A stretch of DNA of 64,000 bases. Source: Tubulanus polymorphus. Its lineage: Eukaryota; Animalia; Nemertea. Below are positions 38,301-52,642 of the stretch, in pieces. Position 1 is the stretch's first letter. The number at the start of each line of letters is the position of its first letter. The translations under genes were made by a program, and so were the position numbers. Under the pieces are notes generated by a model. It made no database searches. It was given only the letters and a program-made list of their open reading frames with translations, and was not told the origin of the DNA. The stretch covers positions 5,231,950 through 5,295,949 of the forward strand of contig NC_134026.1 of NCBI RefSeq assembly GCF_964204645.1, read 5' to 3'.

Positions 38301-41300
38301 TCAAAGTTCATATGTTACACAATCCAGTGAGTGATGAATTGATGAAACAGGATAGTTCATTGCATCTGGGCATCAGTCGCCAGGGGACAAATGTATCAGA
38401 ATCAACTGGTAACCATTTTTATGCTTCGATCTTTCTATGCAATAGGGTTATTTTCATCCTTAAATTTTGAAATCCAAAACATCAGATGTAACACACTGTT
38501 TTTACTATGAATTCATCTATTCTCTTCAATCTTATATTGTGTTATCTACTGTATCTACTAATCTGGTGCTGTCAAAATGATTTTTCATGTTTACAAGATA
38601 GAGTACTTTTTTCTGTGGTAAGCCTTCTGCTGATTGTAGCTGGTAATCAATTTGAATTATACACAGTTTTTGCATATGAGGCATTACAAGTTGTCAAAGA
38701 GAGCACTTGGCTCCCAGATGAGAGAGCATTGGTTATCTGTTAAGAAGTGTAGGAGATCTGTGCGTATTGTCTGTTCAAATAGATGATTTCAGCGATATGT
38801 ATTTATTTTCTAGCGAAATCTAGTGCTAGTGTAGGTGAAGTGGCAGGTTATGGAGCATTCACTTGTTTGACACTGGATAGAAATAACGTCATTGCTGGTG
38901 GTGAGGTAAGTCATAGTAACGTGATTCTGTTACCTGTTGTAAATGGCTGTAATTTCTTAGTCAGACAAATTCATCTGAATGTATTTGAACTTTCGTTATC
39001 AATGATTTCCAATGGTTTGACTCCAGTGGCAAATATACCCCTGAATATACTGAATTGAGTTAACCCCCTGGTCAATGTTAATACCCGTCTATAAACAGGC
39101 CCCTGCATATTGGGAAATTTGTCTCTTGAATGGAAAAAGAGAAGATAATCGCTTGTTTTGTTTGTATTTTAGGATGGTGTGCTGCGTCTGCTCGATGTCA
39201 GCGGTCATAAACTGAAATCAGTTGAAACTCTTCAATACGGCAGCCCGATATCGTCTCTTTCATTTAACAGCTCGTATAGTAAAGTCGCTGTAGGTGGCAC
39301 TCACGGTTGTGTAAATCTGTTGGATATCAAGTCATCGACTATATCGCCGCCTTTATTTGATGTACATCATGGAAATTTTATCGCCGCTGGATACTTGTAC
39401 CCGGGAACTGAACATTGTATTGTAAGTATAGATAGTAAGAACTCTTTTATCTCCGGTGAGCTGCAGCTATAATCCCATAATTTTTCATTTCATTTCAGAC
39501 TCTAAAAGAAGATGGTTTATTGCAAACTTGGTCTGCTGAATCTGGCAAACTCGTGTCTAGTATGCCAATTGGAGCACCTGTAAGTCAAAAGAAATTAAAA
39601 TGATATCAGATACTGGTCAGGAGGCAAATCTAGGGTCTTATTCAAGGACGGGTGCACCCCCAAAATAGGGCAGATAAAGGGTAGAAGAAACCTCATCGGA
39701 AAACATTAACTCATTTTTGGGAAATACAGAGAAGAAGCTTATGAATCAAACTTTTTTAGGTATCAATTTAGTATTTTTCATTTTCCCATGGAATTTCAAG
39801 GCAACTTCACATTTTTAGGAGGGGGTCCTGCACCTTCCCCTGCTGGTACATCATTGAATTGACAGGATGTAGGCTGTTATTTTTAGTTTGATGCACTCAA
39901 GTTACATACATGCCGGGCGCTGCATCTTAGAAATTGGATTGACAAATCTTTATTCTGCATTCAGTGAATCTTCTATGTTTATATATTGCAGTGTGCTAGT
40001 TTGGCCTGTAGTCCAACTAGTCATTACGTGGCTGTAGGAGCGGAGACCGGTCATCTTTATATCGTTGATGTTACTGACATTAACAACCCTCGAATAACAG
40101 CCAGACACCGGCTCTATCAACGAGCTCTGAAACATATTACGTAAGTGTACGATGTACTACGCAAACTCAGCTCAAGCAATTTGAATTTTTTTAATGTGCC
40201 GGCACTTACAAAGTTGATGAAATTATACTTTGAATTAATTACTGAAGAATAGACAATGATTGTAACTTTGATTACCTTGATAGATTCGATCAAGAAGGTC
40301 GATTTTTCCTGACTGGTTCAGATGATGGCCATGTGTTTGCGGTTTATGGTCAACCGTCAAAACGATTTGATGTCTTGGGTGAAATCAGTAAGTATCGATA
40401 ATGCTACAATCGGTCAAATTCCACAAAAGGAATTCCTATATTTGTACTTGTGTATTCTCGCCATCTTCAATCTAGGTGTCCCGGGTGATGTTGTTGCGAT
40501 TACTACATATCTCGATGATAAAACCCATCTGGCCCAGGCTGTTGTTACTTGCAACGCATCAGAGAAAAAGAAATGCGGTGCAACGAAACTGGTTATCTTT
40601 GAGCTGTCAGATTCCACAGTACAAGGTATTGAATGATTATCCTATTATCCTGATGATTCTCTGTTGATGGTACCACTGATCATAAATTGAAACCTTGATT
40701 CCGTTGGTTTTCAGATCCACCGCACTCGAATCTGAAATGTACTTTGAATGAAGAAGTGATCAAAAAGATTGTATTCAACTTCAAATATCCCTCGTACGGA
40801 GCGGCATTAACTGCTGGAAACACCCTTTATACTCTTGCTCAGAAAACTAAACAGCTTCACAAGATTATCGTCCCTAAAGATCCACCACGGAAGGTAATAT
40901 GTTTATGTGCATTATACATGTTGTCTTTGAAGAAATTCCTTGAAAAAACATATTCATCGTCTGTCAAAATTTTGATTGCAAGACCCTGTTCCACAGTTGC
41001 AAGTTAAGATTTGACTCAGAGTTAACTCATCGAAAATGAACCTCTTTAACTCAGAATAACTGTAACTCACAACTGTGGAACCAGGTCCAGAACTCTTTCC
41101 CCGGGGGTGGCCTCCCATAACATTTTTGCTTCACTCTGTTCCATGTCTGCAAAAGATTTAACAATTCTGAATCATGTATTCTAATCGTTTAAACAATTAT
41201 GTGAATTGTTTCAGGTTGTCCCGCCGGTTGTAAAGAAACCTAAGGTTGTTTATATGAACAAAATCTCTTCCACTGATTTTATTGCAGATTAGATTTCACA

Positions 41301-44300
41301 TAGTGATCAATAAACATTCTTCACGTTGAGTTTATTTGTATTCTATGGAAAAGAATTCAATTCCAATGCATGGCTTTATATTTTTCAATATGTCACCCTA
41401 AAAATGCATTAGGTAGAAAACATTGATAAGACTTTTTATTATTCACATATTATATCAATTTGAAAGTTTTTATCTTCAATAATAGGTCGTTTTGTTTTTA
41501 CACATGAATTAGTATGTTTAGTATATATATAGGGAAATGGAAGTATTAGTGGTCAGTCACAACACATCGCACCAACTTATTATCAATACAGTATAGTTAA
41601 CATATTTTTCAATATTCAATACCAGTACTGATGTTACAAATATTCATTTAGACGTCTGTTTTTTCGTGTATCAATTCTCATCGATTCTTGTATCATTATG
41701 TATAGTTGATTTAGAGTAATTTTACTTCGTTAATTGAATTATATATGATTCTTTTTGAAATGCTTCACTGATGGTGTTGTATAGTGGACGTGGGAGAGAG
41801 TTAGACAAACTGTTCTCCCACCTGTAAGTGTGGGTTTTGCATGGCTTCGTTTATCCACAACGCATAGGGTGGAGATTAGACATCATCACTACTCTAGGGT
41901 TTTTTTCTAAGATCCATTAGTAATTAGAATTACTGATTTTATGAAAAACATTATATCATTTGTATCGATTGAATTACAGTATATTAACTTCTACAGAGTG
42001 TGAGGCACAATTTCTTTTGAATCCTAATGCACTAGAAGAGAACGCACTCAGTACTGGAGTAGATGAAATGTATTTAAAGGTGACTGCACCACCAGACTGG
42101 TTTAACTGTGGACCATTATTACAGCACTCATATGCCTGGACTGGATGTACTTATTCTTGGGGCAAATGCAAAATGTCATTTTTCTAAAAGCAAAGTGGTC
42201 TGTTTTTAGCTGATTGTTATTGAACAATCAGCAGGTTAGGCGATGGTTCCAATTACAGTAGTCACTAATCAGGTCGAATGGGATTGGGAACAATGAGAAT
42301 GATTCCATGACATGAAAAAAACTTCATCAAATATACTGCTAAATCATCAAACCCTTATCATATGAAAACATAGGCTGATTATGGACTACTCAGTTCTAGG
42401 AAGGTTAATTTTTAACGGCAATAGAATTTAAAAACTAATAGAGTATGATCCTAGAGATTAACCTCTTGTTTATGCTATTTTCAGCCGAACAGTAAAGATT
42501 CGTATCTGGGACCCGAAGATAAATGTAGCAGCCACGGATTGCCAGGAGGAATACTGAATTTATCGATACATCAAAGATGGTTGATGTCCTGTGCTCCAGA
42601 TGGTTCAGTGCATATCAGACTTCTCGGGAACTTGGTAAGAGTTTGTTTAATTCTCCATTTACTCTGAATAGGTCTCTTTTGCTATCATTTATTGTCATGT
42701 AATATTGTAGGATAAGTCAGTGTCGATTCAACCATACAGCTACATGAGTGGAGGTGTTAATACCGTAACTATGAGTTGGGATGGTCAATATATTCTTTGT
42801 ACTGGATTTGATGGAACCATATCATCTTATAAATGGCAGTAAGTATAATTGTACAAGTACCTTCCCTTACAAATCTTTTGATATTGAGTTATATTATCCG
42901 TATAACGTACCGGTAATCAATTATCATTTGTCTGTTTAGATTTACGAGTATCGGAATGAATAAATCTAAAAGTCTAAAAGAAGCGCACAAAAATCACGTT
43001 ATGAAAACGATGAAGACCTGTGAAAGCGAGGATCAGATTCTCGGTAGTATGTCTGCTTGGACTCCACCTCCTCTCGTGTCTCGTTCCAATACCAAATCAT
43101 CTGTTCAGGTATGTATGTACTAGTCTATCAAAGCGGGCCCGGAAAATCAGTTCGTTGTATCCAGTGTGAAAATGATAAGACTATCTTACTTTGGACAAAA
43201 TTCTATATATATGTTTATATCGATGAATCGTTGTATCCGAGTTCGTTATAACGAGGATCCACTGTAGTGCCACTAAAATGAAAACTCACTATACCTACCT
43301 AAACTGCTCAGCCAGTAATCGCTATTTCAATGTCCATTTTCTGCTCTTCTACACTTGAAGTTAATCTAAATGATCAAATGTTAGGCAAGGTTTACAAATG
43401 TGAATGGATGATATTTCTTTGTTATGTGTAGGAAGCAGAAGAGGGGGAAAAGGAGACCGAAAAAGCTGCTGATGATGATGATGATGATGAAGATGTGTAC
43501 ACCACACCTACTCCAACTCTTGGTGCAGATTCAACCTGGTTGGATCACAGAGAAGTCGATGTAAGTTCAAAGACAAGGATCGCGGGATTCCTTAATCGAA
43601 GATTTTATCTTGATTGATTCCAGACTGCACAGTTAAACCATCATCTTCAGTTCATTGCACTTCAGTCGAATAAATCTGTTTAATCTTAGGCTATAAAAGA
43701 AGAGGACAAGGAATATGCCGATATGAAGAAGCAACTTAGAACTGAAATTCGAGATATGAGACGAATGGTATGTAAATACCGTAATTTTGTAGACTTATGT
43801 TGCAAAGATTTTCCGTTTGACTTCATAGTTTACTGTAGCACTACATATAACTTACACCGATATCAAACAAATCAAATAAGTGATATTGTGTTTTCACAGA
43901 TTCAAACAATGATGAAGGAAAATGATATCGTGCCAGACATTGAGAAACTCGGACGTCATGAATTTGATCTGGATATTGATGAACAAGCTCGTTTGATGGC
44001 TGAAGGGGAAGCAGAAGTACTGAGAGTAAGTGCTAAAAATTCAGTCAAAAAGTCAATTTATTTGTACATTGTACTTCAGAAGAAATTGATAAATTTCCTA
44101 AACTTTGGTGACACGCATACGGTATAGATATTGTTTTGATATACTGTATTTCTTTTTTAGATCAGAGAGGAAATCGAGTTGGATAATCTGGCTAAGATGT
44201 ACCTACGAGAGTTGATTAAAAAGGAATGTTGGGATGATATGGTTGTCAAAGGGCGATCGATTGTTGTAAGTTTAAAGAATCAAATTGAATTTTGCTTAAT

Positions 44301-47300
44301 CCAGAGCACAGGACAAATGAAATTGTCCGTAAAGTATATCATCATAAAGTCTGTATTAAACTACTTGTCCCATAATTTCATTGAGATTTAGTTTGACAAA
44401 ATTTCTCTTTTCAAGGCGTTCAACTCGGTGTTGGAAGTATCGAATTATCCAATGCTAGAACGTTCAGAAGAGGAATTAGAAATGCTTGAAAAAGTGAAGA
44501 AACAACGTCTGATCGAAATGGCAGAAATGAACGTGAGTACAAGAAACAACTTAAGAATTAGTGATGAACGACCTGAATGAAAAGTATTGACGATGAAATT
44601 ATATTTTCAGGATCGTAAAGAAATTCTTGAGCATGGACAGAAAAACCAAGCTGTAAGTTAATTCAAATCTTAGCATATCTTAGTCTATAGAATTTCTAAT
44701 GTATATTGACTTGGCTTGTAATCTGCGCTATAAACATTGATAGTGAGCAAGCACATGAAATCCGTATCTATCAAACATAAGATGGGTTAAACGCGAAAAA
44801 TCCCACAATAAATATAGCCAAAACGAGAAACTTGAATAGAAGAGTATATATTTGAGCAACGTTTCGGCTAAAGACTATTAGCCATCATCAGTACGCCTGT
44901 TGATGGCTAATAGTCTTTAGCCGAAACGTTGCTCAAATATATACTCTTCTATTCAAGTTTCTCGTTTTGGCTATATTTATTGTGGGATTTCTCACGTTTA
45001 TTCATCATACACGGATATTGTGTTTTCTTTTCGTCTCATAAGATGGGTTGTTGGTTAGAGAGAATTTAAGGATTTATTAATGAGGGAAACAATTGTACTC
45101 CTGTTGTTTACAGCGTCATTCTGTATTACTACGAGATTTGTACGATTTTGACGACATCGATTTTGATGATATCGATCTAGAGGTAGTTCACCGCATTACC
45201 CAGTATTTGTTGACAGTTTCCAGTTTTCAAATTTATCATATTCAAATTCAAGCGCTTGTGTTATTTTTCCCAATATCGCCGGGATATTTTCTATTGCATG
45301 CTTTAAATTCTGTTGAGTTTTGAATTGATTCGGAATCTTATGTAAATCAAATACGAGATTCTAATATTTCTATGCACGCAGCCTTTGGAACGGGCTATAC
45401 GCCATAAATTCAACTTGGTGAAAGTAAGTACAACATTATCCATAGATACCTCCTGCATGTCTTATTTTAATGATGTGAATTTAGTTTTTTCAGTGGTTGA
45501 TAATAAGATGCATCCCATAGTCTTTACACATTAACGCCTGCATTTGTTATTCCTCGGTTTATTCATATTTTCATTGAAATTTCAATCAATTTCTTAGAAT
45601 GTTGAATGGTCAATGAACCGTTAGAATTTGTTAGATTCTTGTTCTGAATTTAACAGATATTAAACAGTTTCGTACTGAATCAGTAGTAAGTGCATGATAT
45701 TTTTATTCTAGCCTGCTGAAGAAGAGGAAGATGAAGAGAAAGATAAAGATCAACCGTCTACTACCGGAAGCCTTGGTAAGATTCCAATTTCCTACACTCA
45801 ACAGAAAGTTCCCCAGAAACTGAGGAGTCTAGTGGTGGGAAATGTTTATGAGGCTTATAGTTTCAAGTACACCAGTATAGCTGACATTTATTATCTAATA
45901 CAGAAACCTCCTGAAACTAGTTCTACAGGAAAGATATTTGATTAGACCAGGCTTCATTGTTTTTGGTTGTTTAACTACAAATGAATACAGTATACTAAAA
46001 TTAAAACTGGTCTTAATCCTATTTCCTTGCTTAAGTTAGAACTGTGGCCCTAATATTAGTCCTGACCCTTTATATATATATATATATGTGTTGCCCCTCC
46101 CAAGAATTTCTACCAAAAGAACACTATAACGTTGTGCACTTTTTAACCGTTGTGTTATGTTTATGTATTGTTTGCATGCTCACATTAGATGTAAGATTGG
46201 GGTTAACTTCTGGTGAGTAAGTCTTCATTAGAAAGCCAAAATGATCATCAATCAATATGCATGTGGCGAACAAATTTTCTCTAACCTTCTATTTACGTGT
46301 ATTTGATAAATCTCTATGTAATTTACATGTTTGTGAGATTTTACAATTGTCCTTTCTACAATGGAGTATATAATTTTGAATTTCTTCTTACCTATAGTAT
46401 CTATTTCTTCAATCATTAAATAGATTTGCCTTTATGAAATAATCAAAATAATCAATTTTTACAAAAATTCAAGTCTATTATCATTTATTCGCCGATCTCT
46501 CTTCAAGTAATTTGAAATAGCTATTGTGAATGCGTGCATGCGTTAACAAAAAAAAAAAAACTAAAATCTGATAATCTGCCTCTGCTGGAAGATCTCAGAC
46601 CTGTTGATATTTCGCTGGTCCAATATTCGTCTTTCTAATCGCATGCAATTCTGATATTGTAAGCATCAATTAACAAAACATCGTTCTTGAACTATTTTAG
46701 CTTGCTCTTGATGACCCTAGTCATCGAGAGTGATTTAACAGCTTTTATGCTAATTCCTTTTTTGCTGGGATATTCTTCAATAGCCAAATGTTTTACCCAT
46801 GTACTTTCAATAAACAGGTGCTCAATATGGAGGCGGCAGTGAATATTATTACAACCAGTTTGAGCTGCATTCACGAGAACAAAAAAGCAAACAGATCATC
46901 TTGTTACAGGTAATTGTTTTTACATTCTGAAACACAGGACCTGGTTCTAGGACTTGGATAAAATTTGACTCCTGCGTCACAGAAGTGGAAGCCATAACCC
47001 TAGAGCCAAACTTAACTGTGAAATGTGGAACACTGGTTCCAGCTGTCTCGAGTTTCTTAGAAAATATATTTTCTTTAAATCTCTTCTTTTAGGATGCAAT
47101 ATGTCGGATTAAAGAAGGGTTTAACAAAGAATTTGACGACATGTACAAGAAAAAAGAACAGGAAATCGCAAGGATTAAAGAGAAAAATAAGCGAATGCAA
47201 AAGATTATTGATGATTTGGATTTATTGGAAAAGATCGCAGATCCGGTTTTAGGAATTCTCGAAAAACCTGAAGGTTTGCTTGTTGTGAACGATGACGAGG

Positions 47301-50300
47301 TAATTGAAATACAAAGATTTAAGAAGTTGATATTTTGAATCTGGTAACGTCTTGATATTCGTGTATGTTACTCGTCTTTTCAACTGTTGATTTTGTAGGT
47401 TAAAGTGGAGAAGTTTCTTACACCTGAACAACGCAAAGCGTTGGAAGAACAACAGAAATTAGAAGAGGAAAGAATCGCTAAAGAGAAAGGAGACAATGCT
47501 AGAGAACGAGCTTTGGATATGATGATGGGTGGTGTCTTAGAGGTAAATGATTTGACTGGAATCTTATAAAGAGTTAAAAAATGTGAAACGAAGTTTACGG
47601 GATAGAATAAGCTAATCCATTCGTCTGATTACAGATCAAGAAAGAAGATGAATTGAAGAAAGATGTTCCAGTTCCCGCGTTTATGACACAAAAGAAACCA
47701 GAGGAATGGAATGAAGAGGAACAGAAAGCCGCTAAAGAATACGAACGCAAAGTAAAAGAACTTCAAGAGGAAAGGGAAAAATACAGAAAGGTATGTCTTT
47801 CATTTTGGACACTATACATGTAGCGGTTTTTAAGCCTGACACATTAAACAATATAGCACTTTCATTTTAATTCTATTCTTAGCAATTAGAGACAGAGTTG
47901 AAAAAGTTGCAAGGATTTGTCGAGGAGGGAACTGCTGCCTATGATGATTTTCTGTATAATTTCTTCATGAAGAAAGTCAAAACAGAAAGCGTCATCTATC
48001 AGGTAAGATTCAGCTTCACAGAGAGTTGTTTTCAATAACCAAAAAAAGCTGCATTACTAAATTCAAGTAACGTATATTCATTCGATTTTATAGGAAGAAT
48101 TGAAGATGTTGAGATTGCGATATGTTATGTTGATTGAAGAACAAATGGAAATCCGTGAAGCTGAATTGAATCGGCTGTTGGATAAGAAGAAACAAGAGAA
48201 GGTAGTGATTTCATTTTGGTGTGCATTTCAGAAACATGTACGATCTTTGAAGATTTCAAATCGTTTTGTTTGTTATTATAAAGGTGTTCGCTGCTCAGTT
48301 GGTTTCTGAAACGAGGAAGAACGTCGAAGGTTTTAGAGAACAGTATGAAATTCTTTCAGCCGAAGATAAAGTAATGGATAAAAATTTCAAACGAGAATTC
48401 CATGATGTACCGGGAATTGTCGTCGATCAACTTTACAAGCTTTTCAGACGTAGGCCCAGGTAAACTATAGGGGAAACCGAAATGAGTATCAGTTGCCTGT
48501 GGTGGAACCTTGTTGATATCGCAAAACTTTTCGCTCAAATCTGTAACAAAAATTACCGTTTCACAATTCCAGGGGACAAAAGACATTACGCGATACCCCT
48601 AGCCACGATGTACGTGGTCTGGACCCGTTTGCAGAACGACCTTCGACAGCGCGTCAACATCAGATTCATTTACAGACAATGGAACAAGCTCTGAATGAAT
48701 TAGATAAAGAGTCAAATATACCTGAAGGTGTTGAGCTCGATATCTGGGAGAGAATGTGTAAATATAGACGAATGAAAATAACCAGTGAACAAATGGTAAG
48801 ATGATGCGGGAATCAGTCTTTGGGTACCTGAAATTTGCTTTTTGTCTGTAACTGAACCTGTGATTTATCTATTTGTGTTTTAGATGAAAAGTAAAGCGTT
48901 GATTCTGGCTGAAATGAATGCATTCCAGCAGAAACGTATCGAGGAAGATGAGCGTTTGAGAAATGAAATTGATGATTTAAATCAAGCTGTCAACAAGTAA
49001 GTGATATTTAGAGTTTAAGACTGAATGATTATGACGTACGTTAATCGATATAATCTCAGCTTCTTTGTCTGAAAAATATCATTCTAAGCTGGTGTTCCAT
49101 CATCCAAATTTCAATGTACAACTATTGGTTTATTACTGGGTTCTTGGCTGCTTTGTAAACTATTGATTGAAATGCTTAGTGGTATATGGTAATTTCAGGT
49201 TGAAAGAAGATCGTTTGAGATTCATTTGTAATCTGGAAGTTCAGCTGTTACTGAAGCAGGGTCAGGTAGAAGTAGATGCTGGTTCTTTCATTCATGATTT
49301 CACTCGTAGCGTTCTCATTCATCGCAGTGATGTGGAGGAGCTTAATGGCAAAATACGAGTAAGCAATGATTCAAATTCTGGACTATTGGATTGGCAGTTA
49401 CATCACTTGCGTTAAGCAATTATGACAGTATTGAATGAACTCATGATTTTGATGCATTTTTGCAGGGATTGGGAGAAAGTAAAATTGCTAGTATGGTTGA
49501 AAGTAAAGATTTCCGCAAAGGTATCATACAACAAGAGTGGGAACACAAGAAAATGTTGATGGAAATGGAAGATCTAAAGAACAAGATGAGAGACATTCAG
49601 ATGTTGAAAGTAACAAGAGAAATACAAGCTGTAAGTTGATAAAAATACCTCATTGAGCTGCTAGTAAATTACATTACTTTCATGTGATTCGTTTCTGATA
49701 TGTAGTATTTGAATGAAACTGACCATGAAGCTAAGATCGTACAAGAAATTGCCACATTGGAACAGACTATTGCTCTTCTCAAGCAGGTAAAATTAGCCAG
49801 GTCAAGACGATTAAGAAATGCTTCATCAAACAATCAATTCCTTATTTTATACCGTCCACAAATCTGGCCTTTCAGCAACATGAAAAGAACGTTCAGGACC
49901 GCAAGAGCACGCTGAAAGAACTACGTAAAATAATCCGCGAAAGAGAAGAGGAAAATAAATCGTTAGATGGAGAATTAGAGGAGTTGAATGTGTCGGTCAA
50001 CGAGCGCAGACATATTCATGAAGTTGATGGTATGTATCACTCCTGGTATATGAATATAGTAAACTAATGCTCAGCGGTTCTAAATTAAAACCAGTACAAT
50101 ATATAATCTACATGTGAAAAATGCCTATACCGGGGTATATGAAACAAATAAATTATTCATCAAACGCGCAGAGATCATTACTACTTTGTATCAAACACAT
50201 GTTACCTGGCAGCTTATATCATCATTCTGTTCAGATATTTTCCATTCATTAAGCCTAAACACCATACTGTATGACTTCATGATATAGTCAACATATTTAC

Positions 50301-50573
50301 TGATGCGAATGAGAACATGCATTGTGTTGAAAGCTGACTTTTCAGCGCTCTGTTTCTTACTCAGTCCAAGAGAATTATCGATATCTGTATTTTCTGTTTC
50401 TAGCTGATAAAGAAAAAGATCTCGGAGCCGAGAAGAGATATCAGGATATCGTGCAGAGAAGAAAGCTAGTCGACTTGGCTAAAGCGCAGGCTCAGGAAGT
50501 GGCCGTTTTGAGAGCAGAAGTCGAGCGACTTCGTATGAGAACATTCCCTGCTTTGGTACAAGTAGAACACTAA
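35397..50573 (+). CDS. CFAP43: Cilia- and flagella-associated protein 43 (WD40 + coiled coil), >30 exons
   Basis: ATGGATCAAGTTGGAACTCTAGAACTTGG|gt; WTQGY..., [62 protein letters not shown]-terminus [21 protein letters not shown] (TAA 50571-50573). Confidence 0.95.
36355..36679. mobile_element. Older copy of the 9337-10180 MITE family, without the nested insert
   Basis: CATCCTCC...GAGGATG ends; shared internal AGCCAAT..GAAAT, AATTTGCCTCA, AGCAATCTGATTGGTGC. Confidence 0.7.
40982..41088. mobile_element. ~100-bp MITE; similar copies at ~46937-47040 and ~51647-51745
   Basis: GACCCTGTTCCACAGTTG ... CAACTGTGGAACCAGGTCC inverted ends. Confidence 0.6.
44789..45036. mobile_element. Penelope-type inverted pLTR insertion (near-perfect ~105-bp-arm palindrome) in CFAP43 intron
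   Basis: 44788-44891 reverse-complements 44897-45000; 13-bp TSD CATAAGATGGGTT (44776-44788, 45037-45049); hammerhead cores next to the palindrome centre. Confidence 0.75.
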
Positions 50574-52642
50574 TAACGCAGTACCATGTTGTACCATGCA
50601 TTAGCAGACGAATGTATTGTGTAATGTTTGTGCTTAATGTGATAGTTGTAAAGGATGCATTCTAATGTATTATGCAATAATCAGATCCATCTATAAATCA
50701 CCATTTTCACCGTCCAATAAAGAGAGGTCTATTGTGATAATCTATAAACATTTTCCTATATTGCATGTGATTGCTGTACTTCGCTTTGTTTTTTATTATC
50801 GGCAGTTTTTCACTTACGTTTTCCGTCCGAAATTTTCTTCAGATATTTTGTGCAATCAAATTTGATTGCATGTATTTATTGTTTACATTTTTGTATTATG
50901 TTATAACAATAAACTAATTAATTGAATGATAAATTTAGTTCCTCTTTTGTCGGTGCTAGATATTTTTGAAGAAATCCATTTGAAAAGGTGCAATTTCCAA
51001 GAGGATGATTGTCAAATCTGCATGAAAAGGGCAATCCCAGTCTTGATGAAATGAGAAGGGCAACCTCATGGGAAGGCAGGGTCAGGACCCTGAGACATCC
51101 CCTAAATCTGCCACTGCCTTAACCCTCTGCTCCTGTGGACACATCAACGGTAAAGGAATGAAGAGAATCGATCAAAAAGAGAACACTAAGGTAAAATCTA
51201 TGATGAAAGATGTTTTTTTATTTTCTCTTTACCCACACATGATATAACATTATGAATGAATTACTCACATACAAAATCTATGCAATACTGCATTCGCAAT
51301 GGTACGAACCACTGCCAGGGGTGATTGACCCATTGTCAGGGGTAATCAATTCTAATTTAAAACAAATATTCTAATGGAAGAATGACAATGAGAATATATA
51401 GTAGTAACCATGACATGACAAAAGTAGATGATTATGGGGCAAATATTATTTACATCATAAATTATGCTATGTATATACACATAATTCTAAGTTTCGGGAT
51501 CTAAAAAGGTCTTTTGGAGATCATAAATTTTGCAGTGGAACCTCTACCAATTAAAATGTTTAATTGTTATAATCTAGGTCTGTGTCAACGAAGTTTAACC
51601 AACTGCGTTGATGTATCCAAGCCACTGTAGGTGGCTGATCAATCGGGTCTCGGTTCCGCAGTTGTGAGTTAACATTTTACTACTACAGTTTAAAATTCGT
51701 TCATATACTATAAGAGCTAAATGTTAACACCTGGGAACTGGGTCCAGAGTATTGGATGGTTGGTGGGAAGGACCAGAGGTTTGAACATTTGAGTGATAAT
51801 GAATTCTTGAGATGATGTCATTTTTTGCATAAAAGTCTAGCGTATTTGATGAATCGGATCATGGAGCGCATTTCATATGAATGATGTGTTAATTATACAA
51901 CGTTAATATGTCTGATACAAACAAATAGACAGCGAACCCACAGCCAAATGAATAGATACGTAATAAGTTTAGATCAGCAGGACAGATATACATTACACAA
52001 TGTTGAAAAACACTAAGCAAACTGTGAAAGATCCTTCATATTCATCTCACATAATCCTATATTACAAAATCCGACATAAAAATGTTTTAGAATTAGTGAA
52101 ATCGAAATGCAAGATCTATCAAGGTTTGAAAGCGATGAACAGGAACCCCATTAAATAAATAATAATCAGTCGTTGTATGCAAAAAGTGGCATCGAAGTCT
52201 ATAAAAACTATGCCGGCGCGGTGTTCGATAACCTGACTTCCCTGACTTCTACGTGACATTGGTTTTGAAACATCTTTTATCTTAATTGTAGGGGAATTCA
52301 ACAAATATTACATATTAATGAATTATCCCTGCATTTACATAGTTATCCTAAAAACTTTCACAACCTCTCACGCAAAAATATCTATAATATATTGAACAAA
52401 GAGCCGGTTGTCCAGTTATAATCATACCCCCGTACAAGCTGGTTGCATCTCATGTCGTGATACGATTTTCCAACAAAAAATCAACGAACAGAAGTTTCAA
52501 AACAAAACTCGAATCTAAAGTCTACTATTTCCGATGTCGGTATCATCAATGATTCTGAATTTCACTGTATCACAACTGGTATAACAGCTTACTCTTTGTT
52601 CAATAGACGTCATCGATGATTGTCCTACTTTACGTTCATAAT

